This document shows, piece by piece, positions 1 through 17,835 of a stretch of 64,000 bases of DNA. Under the pieces are notes generated by a model. That model was not told the DNA's origin, made no database searches, and saw only the letters and a program-made list of their open reading frames with translations. Positions within the stretch are counted from its first letter, which is position 1, and every line of letters starts with the position of its first letter. Where the stretch lies: NCBI RefSeq assembly GCF_009914755.1, contig NC_060939.1, one strand, 5' to 3'. The position numbers and the translations under genes were made by a program. The DNA is from the human T2T-CHM13v2.0 reference genome, Homo sapiens.

Positions 1-805
1 GTAGTGTTATTTTTTTATGCCTGCTCAAATGACAGAACAAGGAGATTTATGTGCACATACTAACCCAAGTATATACACATATCTATAAATTTTGCTATAT
101 GCAACATGTTAAACCAAGCATGAGTTTCTACTGATGTTGCTAACTCTAGCACATTCCTACATGGATGAAACTAGCTTCCTTCCCTTGGCATCTGTAAACT
201 TTCACTACAACAGTGAGAAACTATCTCTCACCATCCACCATCCATTTGCTTAACTGCTCAATATGAATATATATGTATCTCAGTTAACCCACACTACTGT
301 GGGATACAACTTTATCATCTACGGTATAGTACTTATATACGGTTTCTTTCGCCTTTAGTTTTACAGACTTCGCTCATTTCCAGAATTACTTCACTCAGCA
401 CCTTTCCCTCACCCCTTTCAGGAAGGTTGTTTTATACATTTAGAATACAGTTAGATTGTTTTGTCAAATTCTGCATTCCATCCTGAGATTTCTGCAAAGT
501 GACAAATTATTTGTTTAAATTTGCATACATTAAATTTCATTCTTTTTGCTGTAACATGCAATGGCTTTGAAAAATGCAGACTGCCATGAATTTAAAATTA
601 TAGTACCATACAGAATAGCTTTCCCACCCTGAAAACATCTGTGCTTTACCTATTCAACCCTCCCTTTCCTAGCCCTGAATCCCTAGCAAACTACTAACTT
701 TTTTACTACCTCTGTAGTTTTGCTTTTTCCAGAGTGGCATATAATTGAAATCATACAGTATGTAACCTTTTTCAGACTGGCTTCCTTCACTTAGCAATAT
801 GCAGG

Positions 806-1483
<678 letters not shown>

Positions 1484-1656
1484 GTATTTTAGGTTTTTCC
1501 ATATCTTTTCATGGTTTGGTAGCTAATCTCTTTTTATTGTGCAATATTAGTCAATTATATGGATTTACTAGTTTTGGTATCCATTCATCTATTGAATGAC
1601 ATCTTAGTAGTTTCCAGTTTTGGGTGATTGTGAATAAAGATACTATAAGCATTTGT

Positions 1657-1975
1657 GACCAGGTATGGTGGCTCACACCTTAATCCCAGCACTTTGGGAG
1701 GCCGAGGTGGTCAGATCACTTGAGCCCAGGAGTTCGAGACCAGCCTGGGAACATGGTGAAACCCTGTCTCTACAAAAAACTCTAGCTGGGTGTCGTGATG
1801 CATGCCTGGAGTTCCAGCTACTCAGGAGGCTAGGTGGGAGAATCACCTGAGCCCAGGAAGTCAAGGCTGCAGTGAGCAGTGATTGTACCACTGTACTCCA
1901 GCCAGGGCGACAGAGTGAGACCCTGTCTCAAAAAACAAAACAACAGAAAAATTAAAAAACAAACAAATAAAAAAC
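1657..1975 (+). mobile_element. AluJ
   Basis: J-type motifs gagcccaggagttcgag and gtcaaggctgcagtgagc, with an A-rich tail. Confidence 0.9.
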
Positions 1976-3419
1976 TTGTGTGTAGGTTTTTGTGTGGATC
2001 TAAGTTTTCAAATGACTTGGGTAAATACCTAATAGCACAACTACTGCACTGTACGGTAAGATTATGTTTACTTAATAATTATCTGCTTGTCTTCCAAAGT
2101 GACGGCTGTGTCATTTTTCATTTCCATCAGCAATAAATGAGTGTTCTGTGTTGCATCCTTGCCAGCAATTGGTGTTGGCAGGTTTGGGTTTTTGTTTTAA
2201 TTTTAGCCATTTTAGAAGGTATATAATGCTATCTCATTGTTGTTTTAATTTGCAATTCTTTAACAACACGTAATGTTGAGCATGTTTTTATATTCTTGTT
2301 TGCCACCTGTATATCTTCTTTGGCAAGATGTCTGTTAAGATATTTAAATTATCCTGTTTTCTTATCATTGGGTTTTAAGAATTTTGTCCATTTTAAATAA
2401 AACTCATTTATCCCAAGCTTTAGCTTTTCTTCTTATTCTCTTAATAGTATCTTTTGAAGAACAAACATTTTGAATCTTAAGAAAATGAATCTTCAAGCCA
2501 TAAGCATAGTAGATTTCTCTGTTGGTTTCTTTCATTAGAGTTGTGTAGTTTTCTGCATGAAGATCCTGTAAATATTTTATATTTTGGTGCTATTGTAAAG
2601 GCTAGTTTTTAAATTTCAAATTCCAATTGTTCATCACTGGTAGATAGAAAGGCCATTGTTCATTGTGCATTTACTTCATGAGTCCCCGGATCTTGCCATG
2701 GCCTGAGGCTGGGGTCTAGGTATATCTTGCCATCTGTCAGCTCTGGACACAGCTCTTCTGGTTCACCAGTCTTCTTAGCTCTTCTGAACAACAGTGGAAT
2801 TTTTTGGTAATTGCTATACTGTATTTAGTCATATGGTTGTGCCACCTAAACTAGTCACAACGCTATTGCTCTCATTCAGCCATTCCATGTTGACTTCTGT
2901 GAGCAAATAATCTTCCATAGCTCCAAAGAGGAGTCACAGGAAGCCCCCTTCTCCCCTCAGCTCCTCTAAACTGTGTAGAATTGTTTCTCTCATTCTGTAA
3001 TCTCCCCTGGGATTGCAATTTAGGTGAGAGAGTACATGTCACTTCTAACCACTAATCTTATCTCCTCTAATAGTTCCCCAATCAAGACAGGGCTTTAATC
3101 GTCTTCTTATGCAGAGATAAAGTACTCTTATATCACATTGAGTTCCTCCCTACTCTGTGGCTTATAAGGAGGGCATCCTTATAACCCAGTTTTCAAAAGA
3201 CATTCCTGGTTTAAGACTGTTGTCCTGAGGTCCTGTGCGGTTTTGCATTTGTCTCAGATTTTTTTACTTTTAGTAAAGTACTGTTACTGGTAGTTGAGTT
3301 AAAATGACTTGGAATAAATTTGGTGGACTTCTACTTTGTTTAACTCATACATGGTATCTTCCAGTACTGCATAAGATACATATTCAGTGAACAGTGTTTT
3401 CCCTTTGAATTATTAAAGT

Positions 3420-4596
<1,177 letters not shown>

Positions 4597-4661
4597 ACTT
4601 CTAGTGGATTTCATCATGCAGAAATTTTGTATTTTCATGTACTTTTATCTTTACGTTATGA

Positions 4662-5018
<357 letters not shown>

Positions 5019-5170
5019 ATTAACAAGGCATGGTGGCATGCACCTGTGGTCCCAGCTGCTTGGAAGGCTGAGGTGGATCTCTTGAGCTCAGGAGGTCAAG
5101 GTTGCAGTTAGCCCTGATTGCACCACTGCATTCCAGTCTGGGCGACAGAGTGAGACTCTGTCTCAAAAAC
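5019..5170 (+). mobile_element. Extra J-type Alu right monomer directly after the preceding Alu tail
   Basis: ggcatggtggcatgcacctgtggtcccagc...ggaggtcaaggttgcag...gagactctgtctcaaaa. Confidence 0.85.
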
Positions 5171-7457
5171 AAATAGTATTTATTAATTAAAATAATAATT
5201 ATGAAAACTATATAATATCCCAGAAAAAATATTATGAATATAATTTGTTGTTAAATGCAAAATGAAACACTATAGCAACATATATGTAAAAGATGTATAT
5301 ATACACGGTTATTTAGCAGAGAGCAATTTTTCTTCCTTTTTAAGAGATTACATTAATAAGAGATTTTTCAAAGTTTTAAACTGTATATATAAAATATTTC
5401 AATGACCCTTAGTGACTTTTATTTGGAAGTTTTCTAAGATTTATTTTATCATATATTTACCCATTACATTTTATTGTGTTACTATTCTTAAGCCATCAGT
5501 CAGATTAAAGTATTTGAAAGGAACACTTTAGAAATGTACTAATTATTTTGCTAAGAAGTGGCTAATTCAGAAATTGCCATAGAAGAATGACATTAAAATC
5601 TAAGTCATTAAAAAATCACCTTTTTAGAGCTGTCTTATGGTCAAGCAGAGCTATCACAATTGCACTACTATTACCCAAATGTAAAAAAGGAGGAGGAGGA
5701 GAAGGAAAAAGAAAAGAGGAAGGGGGAAGCTCATAAAACTCTAGGTTTTAGGTTTTTCTTTTTTCCATATTAGGTGCAAATAATACTTGCCCAACCTGCC
5801 TCACAGGATTGTTCCAAGACTCAATTGAAAGAAAACACAATAAGGGAGAGTGACTGTTATAATTATGAAAGTACTTATTAATGTCATTCTCCATCTAAAT
5901 GTGCAAAGTTCCACCTGTTTTGAGGGAACAATGCCACCAGTCCTATAATACATGTTGAGGTTGCTAATATCTTCAAGAGATTGGGTTTAAAGGGAGGCCA
6001 ATTATGTCTAGCTCCACACTTTGCAGGCAGCTGGCTTTTATTTTCTCCCCTTTGGAAGAGTGTTGCTTCACAAATCTTGACCTTAGTAGAGAGTGAATGA
6101 GAAAATGCACAGCCTGACATTGACTTTGAAATATCTGACAGGACACAGGGCTGAGAGCATCTATCAATAATTCATTTCAGGTTACGGGGCAGAACAGGAT
6201 CCCCACTGGTTTTAAAGCCATTAATTGGTTGTTAGACTCCATTAAGTCACTCTGGATGTGAAAAGTATGTCTGAAGTTTAAAAACACAGAGATAGGAAAG
6301 CCAGCGCTCTTTTATTTTTTCCCACAACTGGTGTGACATCTTTGCCAATGAGAGAAAAGCCTAGGTCAAAAGGGGCTGAAAATTGAGATGACATCTACTT
6401 TCTTTGGTCTTTATACCCAGGAACCAAGCAAAGATGGCAAGTTTCTCAAACCATTGCCTTTCTCCCAAATGAAACAAAATCTTTATCTTGAAAGTTAGTT
6501 TCTCAATGGCTGCTTTATAATTTTGTAATGAATGCTGTTTGCAGATGTTTTATTAAAAGTATATATTTTAAAGACAGAAAAGGAACTCATAAGTAAAAAT
6601 AAATAGATTTGTTAAAAATCACATGTTAATCAAAAACTAAGATAGATTCCTTATGCAGAATTGAGTATAGTTTGTAGCCATTTGATACTAAAAGACAAAG
6701 CAACAGCTTAGGCTAAGGCACCTACAGGGACAGTGGTGCCGATCAAAGGAGGTGTGGCATGGGGCAGGGAACAGATGCAAGTGTTGGGTTTAAGAATTTA
6801 GCAAAACAATGATGAAGCAAATTGGTCATTCTGAAATCTGCATTTAACCAATTTTGAATTTTAAAGAACTGATTTTTGGTGTGTTTGCCTATATCCAACT
6901 ATTGGCCATCAGCAAGCGGTATCCTCCTCCTGAGCTGCAGTGCTTTTACGTTACAATGAAAGAGTTCTACAAGAAATCTTTCAACTCTTCTCTAGTTTCA
7001 ATTTTTTTTTCATTCTATCACGTCTTCCTGAATAACCACAAGTGCACCAAGAAAACCACAATTTCATATGTGATTATGGAACGATATAGGGGACAATGCC
7101 GTTTATCTCTCACACAGTTTTCCTGTCATGGATTTGACATTATAGTTCTCATATTGTATACAGCACCTTTTTACAAATATTCAATTCTCATGGAAACCCA
7201 GACAGGCAGGTGGAACAATTATTTGTGTTTCCATTTTTTCAGATGAAAAAATCAGACCCAGGAAGTTTAAGTGAATCTAAAGATGGCAGAAATAGAAATG
7301 GGCACACAGTTTTGAAGATATTTTTATCTTGATTGCATTCCAGGCATCATTCTGTGAAGTATTTACCTGATCCTTATGATTAGGGACATAGCGGGGTGAT
7401 CACAAAATGTCTATTGAATCCATGCAATGCTTTCCTATGTCAAAATAGTAATAATCA

Positions 7458-7588
7458 GGCCGAGTGCAGTGGCTCATGCCTGTAATTTCAGCACTTTGGG
7501 AGGCTGAGCTGGGTGGATCATTTAAGGTCAGGAGTTTGAGACCAGCCTGGCCAACATGGTGAAACCCTGTCTCTATTAAAAATACAAA
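7458..7588 (+). mobile_element. AluS left arm (partner right arm at 9784-9953)
   Basis: Alu left monomer ending in the linker taaaaatacaaa. Outer TSD-like aatagtaataatca (7444-7457) / aataataacaatca (9940-9953). Confidence 0.9.
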
Positions 7589-9310
7589 GAGAATAAAATA
7601 CCTAGGAATCCAATTTACAAGGGATGTGAAGGACCTCTTCAAGGTGAACTACAAACCACTGCTCAACAAAATAAAAGAGGACACAAACAAATGGAAGAAC
7701 ATTCCATGCTCATGGATAGGAAGACTCAATATCACGAAAATGGCCATACTGCCCAAGGTAATTTATAGATTCGATGCCATCTCCATCAAGCTATCAAGGA
7801 CTTTCTTCAGAGAATTGGAAAAAACTAGTTTAAAGTTCATATAGAACCAAAAAAAGCCCACGTAGACAAGACAATCCTAAGCAAAAAGAACAAAGCTGGA
7901 GGCATCACGCTACCTGACTTCAAACCATACTACAAGGCTACAGTAACCAAAACAGCATGGTACTGGTACCAAAACAGATATATAGACCAATGGAACAGAA
8001 CAGAGGCCTCAGAAATAACACCACACATCTATAACTGTCTGCTCTTTGACAAACCTGACAAAAGCAAGCAATGGGGAAAGGATTCGGGTGCTAGGAAAAC
8101 TGGCTAGCCATATGTAGAAAGCTGAAACTGGATCCCTTCTTTACACCTTATACAAAAATTAATTCAAGATGGATTAAAGACTTATATGTAAGACCTAACG
8201 CCATAAAAAACCTAGAAGAAAACCTAGGTAATACCATTCAGGACATAGGCATGGGCAAGGACTTCATGACTAAAACACCAAAAGCTATGGCAACAAAAGA
8301 CAAAATAGACGCATGGAATCTAATTAAACTAAAGAGCTTCTGCACAGCAAAAGAAACTATCATCAGAGTGAAGAGGCAACCTACAGAATGGCAGAAAATT
8401 TTTGAAATCTACCCATCTGACAAAGGACTAATATCCAGAATCTACAAAGAACTTAAACAAATTTACAAGAAAAAAGACAACCCCATCAAAAAGTGGGCAA
8501 AGGATATGAACAGACACTTCTCAAAAGAAGACATGTATGTAGCCAACAGACATATGAAAAATGCTCATCATCACTGGTCGTCAGAGAAATGCAAATCAAA
8601 ACTACAATGAGATACCATCTCACGCCAGTTAGAGTGGTGATCATTAAAAAGTCAGGAAACAACAGATGCTGGAGAGGATGTGGAGAAACAGGAACACTTT
8701 TACACTGTTGGTGGGAGTGTAAATTATTTCAACCGTTGTGGAAGACAGTGTGGCGATTCCTCAAGGATCTAGAACTAGAAATACCATTTGACCCAGCCAT
8801 CCCATTACTGGGTATATACCCAAAGGATTATAAATCATTCTACTATAAAGACATATGCACACTTATGTTTATTGTGGCACTATTCACAATAGCAAAGACT
8901 TGCAACCAACCCAAATGTCCATCAATGATAGACTGGATTAAGAAAATGTGGCACATATACACCATGGAAAACTATGCAGCCATAAAAAAGGATGAGTTCA
9001 TGTCCTTTGCAGGGCGCGGATGGAGCTGGAAACCATCATTCTCAGCAAACTATCCCAAGGACAGAAAACCAAACACCGCATGATCTCACTCATAGGTGGG
9101 AGTTGAACAAAGAGAACACATGGACACAGGCAGGGAACATCACACACCGGGACCTCCTGGGGGGTGGGGGGCTGAGGGAAGGATAGCATTAGGAGAAATA
9201 CCTAATGTAAATGTCGAGTCGATGGGTGCAGCAAACCAACGTGGCACATGTATACCTATGTAACAAAACTGCACTTTGTGCACATGTACCCCAGAACTTA
9301 AAATATATTA
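7589..9310 (+). mobile_element. 5'-truncated L1PA (about L1PA6), ORF2 3' part plus 3' UTR, frameshifted
   Basis: ORF fragments [45 protein letters not shown]. 3' UTR ggatagcattaggagaaatacctaatgtaaat. Confidence 0.92.
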
Positions 9311-9349
9311 AAATATTGTTATATATATTATATATTTTATATTTATACA

Positions 9350-9413
<64 letters not shown>
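9311..9413. repeat. AT-rich / (TA)n microsatellite
   Basis: Pure (TA)n run at about 9354-9412. Confidence 0.95.
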
Positions 9414-10006
<593 letters not shown>

Positions 10007-11068
10007 TTATTTCCTCTTCCCAGCTGTTTCTTCAGTTCAGAGCTTCCTTTCTTCTTTCTATATCCAATAGTGTGTGGCTATGTGCTCCCAACAAATGAAT
10101 GCACAGGGGTACGAATGTTCATTTTTGAAATGAGTACCTATTAATGCCTTTTTTAAAAATTACCATTGTACCTTTCCAGTGTCCTTAGATCATCAGTGTT
10201 TGAAATCTAAGCATTACACAAACAGCAGAAGCATTATCAAGAATGACTAATCCATACAATGCAATTATGCACCTGCTGCTTACAGGCACATGAAATATAT
10301 TCTGGGACAAGATGGGAAATACAAATACAGGCATGGACATGGATTGGTTGCTGGGATTCTTCTCACCATAAAATTATGGTTTTGCTGCTGCCACTACAGA
10401 AACTGTGGTTCAGGTGGCTCAGGGACGATGAAAATGTCCACAGTCTTCAGTCCAAGAAATGAAACACAGGAACCTTCAAGTGTTTTGTAATCACTGTGTT
10501 TATTTTATTTCTCCTTCACCATGGCTGTTACTGGCAGGAAGGCTCTCAAAACCAAATTCCAAGAATTGTATTAAACATATTTAGCTCACCTACAGAGTTC
10601 TCTATGCTTTTGCATATGAGATGTCCCAGAATAAAGTCATTTCTTGAATCCAGTGGTTTCCAAAACATATTTTGTATTGCCTCCCTTTCTCATTGTCTGT
10701 CAACTCCCAAGTTGTTGTGATGATCTCAGTCATGAAAATACCAGTGGGTTCCTGAGCATGAAATTAAAATAAAGAGACTTTTCAGATGATAGTTTAATTC
10801 CACTTGCAGAGGAGAAGACAGAGGTCCAGAGAACATTAATGAATTACCCAAGGTTGTGAATTGTAAGGAACAAAACCTAAAATGGTTCTCAGTAGTATGC
10901 TCTTTTCTTTACTGAGTTGTCCCTACAGTCTTCTTGAACCTTACTTATAATTCAAGGTGCACTGTATGTATCCAAAGTAGTAGTTCAAGCTCCTCTATTG
11001 GAATATTATTTATTTCTTTTTATTATGTAGTTATTATTATTGTTATTATTATTATTATTATTATAGGC

Positions 11069-11335
11069 TGTGACATAAGAAGAAGGATAGTCTTGGTTCT
11101 TAGTTCCTGGCAGAGAGCTACTAAAACCCTTGGAATTTGTCTTTTCTTCTAATTAGGTGGGTCTTAGTGGGCTTTTAGATAGCGTTAGGATGGAAGTTGG
11201 TTGCCAGAAAGATCAAGCCTTTAGCTTGATCCAAATTAGAAATCTGGAACTTTCAGCCCCACCCCACAAAGTCTGGGGAGGGGAGAGGAGCTAAGATGAA
11301 TTAAACACTAATGGGCAATGAATCAATCCGTTTAA
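11069..11335. mobile_element. MER21-like LTR fragment
   Basis: gttcctggcagagagctactaaaacccttggaattt and ggaactttcagcccccacccc match recalled MER21 motifs. Confidence 0.6.
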
Positions 11336-11891
11336 ATGATCTTTTGAGAGTATGTGTGTGTGTATAAATACAGTCTTCCAAATTGTCAGGGCTCTGTAAA
11401 AGTAATTTTTGAACTTTGCAGAACTATAAGCAGCCTTACTTTCACCATTTTCTATGTGAAAGTAACATCATTGAAACAATTCATCCTTTGTATTTGTTTC
11501 CAAGAAACAATGCAAGTTGCAATGTGATCTCAGACCTGTTTCATATGATTATCTTTGATTTAAAGTTTCATATGAAGAAGGTATGGGACAGAAGCATAGA
11601 CAAGGTGTGGAGATTGGAGAGTAAGCTAATAGGGGGGCACACATCTGTCTTTGGAAAAAGAGTCTGGCAGAAAGTTGAGAGAGCCTGCCATAACTCAGCT
11701 GTGGCTTTGGGGTGGGCATATTCAGCACAGCGAGTTTTCCCACCCACTGTTATTTTTCTACATAAAAATACAACTCAACGAAAACAGCAAGGCATAAATA
11801 TTAACTAGTCCTAGCGTGAAATTATGTTTAAAGAGATATTGTCCAAGTAAAGTAAAGTACAAGAATATACACAAACTATCCTTTTATGTGA

Positions 11892-12275
<384 letters not shown>

Positions 12276-13843
12276 TTAGAAACCGACTACAGGCCGTTAT
12301 AATAGAGCCAAGTCTCTGTTAAGGTCCTTGAACACAGGCTCTCAGCTTTGATATGACCGAACTGAGCAAGGGAAATAGATCAGGCAAAAATAAAACTTTC
12401 TTGATTGGAATAATAAGAATAATTTTTTATTTTGCAGAGCCAGGAGATTTTATTCAGCACAGGTGTTTATAATTTTCTGTTTTCAACTTAAAAAAACTGA
12501 GTGGAAAAGAATTGCAATGGGGAACAAGGAGACACTTTGCTCTGAAATGAACAGAGAGGTTAGGAAGCCCAGTGGCCAATTCTGCATAAACAGGTAGCAA
12601 AAGTACAAGTGAAAAGTGGGACTTGAACTTCCTTTGCAGACATAAAAATGCCTCATAGAAAATCAATAAAAAATAAAGTTTTGCAAAATAATTGCATTAC
12701 CTCAACTAATAAAACTGCTCACTTTTTTTTCTGATATGTCCTTAAGGTTGAAATGATAGTTTTACAAAGTGATATTTCTCAGCATCCATACGTGTTTTAT
12801 CCCATATCTCTGCTTAAACTTTAATGTAAATGTTTGTCTCTGCCCTCTTGTGAATTTTTCAAAATTGCTTCACAAAGACCTTTAAGGACCAAATTGATTC
12901 AAAGCAAATGGAATAGAATAGAACTGAGATTAAGAACCCTTTGTTCTTATCTGATGTCTGGTTTTGGGCGATTTAAATTTTATTTTCTGCGAAGACTATT
13001 TATTGAGTTGTTAATTCGAAGTCGTATTCTTATCAACTTTTATCATTACATAGGCCACAAATTTTGTTTTTAAAAATACAATGAATGAATACAATAAATT
13101 AGTAAATGTGCTAATTTTGTTAATAAAATGTATCACTAATATTTTAATGTTTCTCCTTTTTTGGTTCCATGTGTGTATTATGTGTATATATTACACACAC
13201 ATGCACAATACCTAACTACACAAGTATATAGCCCATACCAATTAGGTCATCCTGTACATTGTTTTGAAGCCTACTCTTGTTTTATATAGAAATATGTTAT
13301 AAATTTCTCCTCTGTCACTAACTGTTCTTCACTCTATCATTATGTGGCTATTCCATTGTTTAGACAAGCAGTTCTCCATTGTTAGACATTCATGTTTTCC
13401 GCCCAGTTTTACTTTTAAAATAATCAAGTTATCATTACCTTTGTCTATACACGTCTACAAATATCTCTGATTATTAGGGTAAATGGCTGGATCAAAAGAT
13501 ATGTGCTTTTTAGAGCTTTTGATTAATGGTTCCAAAATGTCTTTGAGGATGGCTTTATTAAAGTTCCATGTGTACTTCTACCAGCAGTAAAATAGTGTTC
13601 TTTTCCCATGCCACCACCAACTTTGGATATTTAATAAAACCTGAAATCTTTGGTGATTGCAGAAAACAAAGGCAAAAATTCAATATTTAAAAAATGTGAA
13701 TGCTTGCGAGATTGAAAATTTATAACATGCGGACTGGTCCCTGAATCTCCCTCATACCTCATCTCTATTTTCGTCTCCTACAGTGCCTACCTTCGTTTTG
13801 GTACTTTCACGCTATTTTGAATATTATCATTTTCTCGTGTAAA

Positions 13844-14310
13844 TGTAGTGCGCTGAATGGTGGGCCCCAAAAAGATATGTCCATGCCCTAATTCTCAGAA
13901 CCTGTGAGTATTACCTTATCGGTAAAAGAGTAAATGTTACCTTATTTGGCAATGGATGCAATTAAGGGTTTTGAGAGGAAGAATTAATCCTGTATTATCT
14001 GAGTGGGTCATAAATCCGATGATAAGTGTTCTTAGAAGAGGGAGGCAGAAGGAGATTGGAGAGACACAAGAGGAGAAAGCGATGTGAAAACGGAGGCAGA
14101 TAATGGGGTGATGTGATATCAGGCACAGGAAAGCAGCCAGGCAGCCACCAGAGCTGGAGGTGGCCAGGAACGCATCTTCCCTTAGGGTTCCTAGGGGGAG
14201 CACAATCCTGCCGGACCTTGGACTTCCAGAAACTGTGAGGGAAGCCATTTCTGTTTTTAAGCGGCAAAGTTTGTAGTAGTTTGTTACAGCAGCCCTAAGA
14301 AATAAATACA
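13844..14310 (+). mobile_element. MLT1C/D-type MaLR solo LTR
   Basis: tgtagtg..tgaatggtggccccaaaaagatatgtcc ... tttgttacagcagccctaagaaataaataca. Confidence 0.85.
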
Positions 14311-14678
14311 ACAGATTAATTTTAAACATGCAAATCTCCTTTCATTCTTTACTGTTAATGTTTTCTCCATTCCAGAATAATTTTAGAATCATTTTTTGTC
14401 AGAGGGTAGTGAAAAATAAAATTGTATGCTGATACTACCTAGAATAATGTTAAATGTATAAAGGAAATTGGAGACAACAGACGTCTACCATTTTCATCCT
14501 TATACCTAGGCTCCTGGAAAGGCTTTTTAAGTTATACTTCTTTTGTGTTACCTAATAAAGCTTTGACTTTTTTTTTTCCCATATGGGCTCTGTAGTTGAA
14601 TTTATTTTTAAGGTTTTTTTTTTTTTTAAGTGCATTATACTTTGTTGCTAACATAATTGAGTGTGATATGTTCTCGGT

Positions 14679-14860
14679 CAGTGCTTTCTAATGGAACTTT
14701 CTGGGATGATATAAATATTCTCCCTTTGCCTTGACCAATGTGGCCAACACTAGCCTATTGAATGTTTGAAATGGGGTTAGTGTAATTGAAGAGCTGCATG
14801 TGTACATTTTAATAAATGTCAATGAAAGCCACATATGGCTACAATATGGGACAACATAGT
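14679..14860. mobile_element. MER3-like hAT MITE
   Basis: cagtgctttctaatggaactttctg.gatgat ... agccacatatggcta. Confidence 0.65.
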
Positions 14861-15509
14861 TCTATGTGATTATTGCTGCTTTATTAGATGACCAAGGCAG
14901 TATAGCAAAATGGTTAAGAGCATGGGCTCTGGAGTTACATGGTCTGAGTTATATCTTAGCTCCACCATTACTAGCTTAGTGGACATACACTGGGAAATAA
15001 CCCTAAGTATTGGTCTGGAGGCCGGGGGGCAGGTGGAGAGACCCTCAGATAAGCATTGTTTTATAGTGGACTTGTGTCATTTAAGGTTTGTTTCATCATA
15101 GTCTTCAAGCAAGAAGCTGGGAATAGTGAAATACTTCTTTATTTGACATTTTTGTTTTATTTTTATTTTATTTTTTATTTTTCCATAGGTTGTTGGGGTA
15201 CAGGTGGTGTTTGGTTACATGAGTAAGTTCTTTAGTGGCGATTTGTGAGATTTTGGTGCACCCATCACCCCAGCAGTATACCTGCATCCTCTTTATAGTC
15301 TGTTATCCCTTACCCCTTTCCCACCCTTCCCCTTAAGTCCCCAAAATCCATTGTATCATTCTTATGCTGTTGTGTCCTCATAGCTTAGCTCCCACATATC
15401 AATGAGAACATACAATGTTTGGTTTTCCATTCCTGAGTTACTTAACTTAGAATAATAGTCTCCAGTCTCATTCAGATCACTGTGAATCTTTAAGGCTGAG
15501 TAGTATTCT

Positions 15510-15645
15510 ATCATATATATTATATATGTATATAATATATATATAAATATATATAATATATACATATATAATATATATGGATGAAGAAACTGTGATATAT
15601 ATATCATATATATCGCATGTGTATATATATATCATATATATCGCA

Positions 15646-15690
<45 letters not shown>
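15510..15690. repeat. Compound (TA)n microsatellite within L1PB
   Basis: TA-rich run with a twice-repeated unit containing atcatatatatcgcatgtgt. Confidence 0.9.
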
Positions 15691-15694
<4 letters not shown>

Positions 15695-17022
15695 ATTGAT
15701 TGATGGGCATTTGGGTTGGTTCCATGATTTTGCAATTGCAAATTGTACTGCTATAAACATGCATGTGCAAGTACCTTTTTCATATAATGACTTCTTTCCC
15801 TCTGGGTAGATACCCAGTAGTGGAATTGCTGGATCAAATGGTAGTTCCACTTTTAATTGTTTGAGGAATCTCCACACTGCTTTCCATAGTGGCTGTACTA
15901 GTTTACATTCCCACCAGCAGTGTAGAAGTGTTTCCTGATCAACACATCCACACCAACATCTTTTTTTTTTAATTTTTTGATTACGGTCACTCTTGCAGGA
16001 GTAAGGCGGTATCACATTGTGCTTTTGATTTGCATTTCTCTGATCATTAGTGATGTTGAGCATTTTTTCATATGCTTGTTGGCCATTTGTATATTTTCTT
16101 TTGAGAATTGTCTATTCATATCCTTAACCCACTTTTTGATGGGATTTTTTTTTCTAGCTGATTTGTTTGAGTTCATTGTAGATTCTGGATAGTAGTCCTA
16201 TGTCAGATGTATAGATTGTGAAGATTTTCTCCCACTCTGTGGGTTGTCTGTTTACTCTGCTGACTGTTCCTTTTGCCATGCAAAAGGTCTTTAGTTTAAT
16301 TAAGTCCCAGCTATTTATCTTTGTTTTTATTGTATTTGCTTTTGGTTTCTTGGTCATGAAATCCTTGCCTAAGCCAATGTCTAGAAGGGGTTTTCCACGT
16401 TATCTTCTTGAATTTTTATAGTTTCAGGTCTTAGATTTCAGTCCTGAATCCATCTTGAGTTGATTTTTGTATAAAGCAAGAGATGAGGATCCAGTTTCAT
16501 TCTCCGACATGTGGCTAGCCAATTATCCCAGCACCATTTGTTGAAGAGTGTCTTTCCCCACTTTATGTTTTTGTTTGCTTTGTCAAAGATCAGTTGGCTG
16601 TAAGTATTTGGGTGTATTTCTGGGTTCTCCATTCAGTTCCATTGGTGTGTGCCTATTTTTATACCAGTACCATGCTGTTTTGTGACTATGGCCTTATAGT
16701 ATATTTTAAAATCAGATAGTGTGATGCCTCCAGATAGTGTGACATTCTTTTTGCTTAGTCTTGCTTTGGCTATGCAGGCTCTTTTTTTATTCTATATGAA
16801 TTTTAGAATTGTTTTTTCTAATTCTGTGAAGAATGATGGCAGTATTTTGATGGGGATTGCATTGAATTTGTAGATTGCTTTTGGTAGCATGATCATTTTC
16901 ACAATATTGATTCTACCCATCCATGAGCATGGGATGTGTCTCCATTTGTTTGTGTCATCTATGATTTCTTTCAGCAGTGTTTTGTAGTTTTCCTTGTAGA
17001 GGTCCTTTGCCTCCTTGTTTAG

Positions 17023-17374
17023 TGATATGATTTGACTCTGTGTCCCCACCCAAATCTCATCTTGAATTGTACTCTCATAATTCCCACGTGTTGTGGGAGG
17101 GACCCGTGGGAGATAATTTGAATCATGGGGGCAGTTTCCCCAATACTGTTCTCATGGTAGTGAATAAGTCTCACGAGATCTGATGATTTTATCAGGGGTT
17201 TCCGCTTTTGCATCTTCCTCATTTTCTCTTGCCACTGCCATGTAAGAAGTGTCTTTTGCCTCCCACCATGATTCTGAGGGCTCCCTAGGCATGTGGAACT
17301 GTAAGTCCAACTAAACCTCTTTTTCATCCCAGTCTTGGGTATGTCTTTGTCAGCAGTGTGAAAACACTAATACA
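17023..17374 (+). mobile_element. THE1A/B solo LTR
   Basis: tgatatg...gtccccacccaaatctcatcttgaattgt ... ctaataca. 5-bp TSD tttag/gttag. Confidence 0.93.
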
Positions 17375-17835
17375 GTTAGGTATATTCCTAAGTATTTTAA
17401 TTTTTTGCCGCTATTTTAAAAGGGGTTGAGTTCTTGATTTGATTTTCCACTTGCTCACTGTTGGTGTATAGAAGAGGTACTGATTTTTGTACTTGTATCT
17501 GGAAACTTTGCTGAATTCTTTTATCAGCTCTAGGAGGCTTCTGGAGGAGTCTTTAGGGTTTTCAAGGTAGACGATCATATTGTCAGCAAACAGTGACAGT
17601 TTGACTTCCTCTTTACCATTTTGGATGCCCTTTATTTCTTTCTCTTGTCTGATTGCTCTGGCTAGGCCTTCCAGTACTATGTTGAAGAGGAGTGGTGACA
17701 ATGGGCATCCTTGTCTTGTTCCAGTTCTCAGAGGGAATGCTTTCAACTTTCAACCATTCAGTACTATGTTGACTGTGGGTTTGCCATAAATGGCTTTTAT
17801 TACATTGGGGTATGGAGAATAGTGAAATACTTCTT

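Larger units (their letters stand above)
15140..17816 (-). mobile_element. 5'-truncated L1PB1-like element containing a THE1 LTR and an internal TA microsatellite
   Basis: L1PB 3' UTR and ORF2 fragments ([18 protein letters not shown]). Perfect 19-bp TSD gaatagtgaaatacttctt at 15121-15139 / 17817-17835. Confidence 0.92.

Noticed and set aside
6854-7246. 130-aa ORF (similar cases at 11416-11808 and 17812-18291)
   Set aside because: Non-ATG starts, AT-rich composition and no homology I recognise; the last one is antisense to ERVL sequence.
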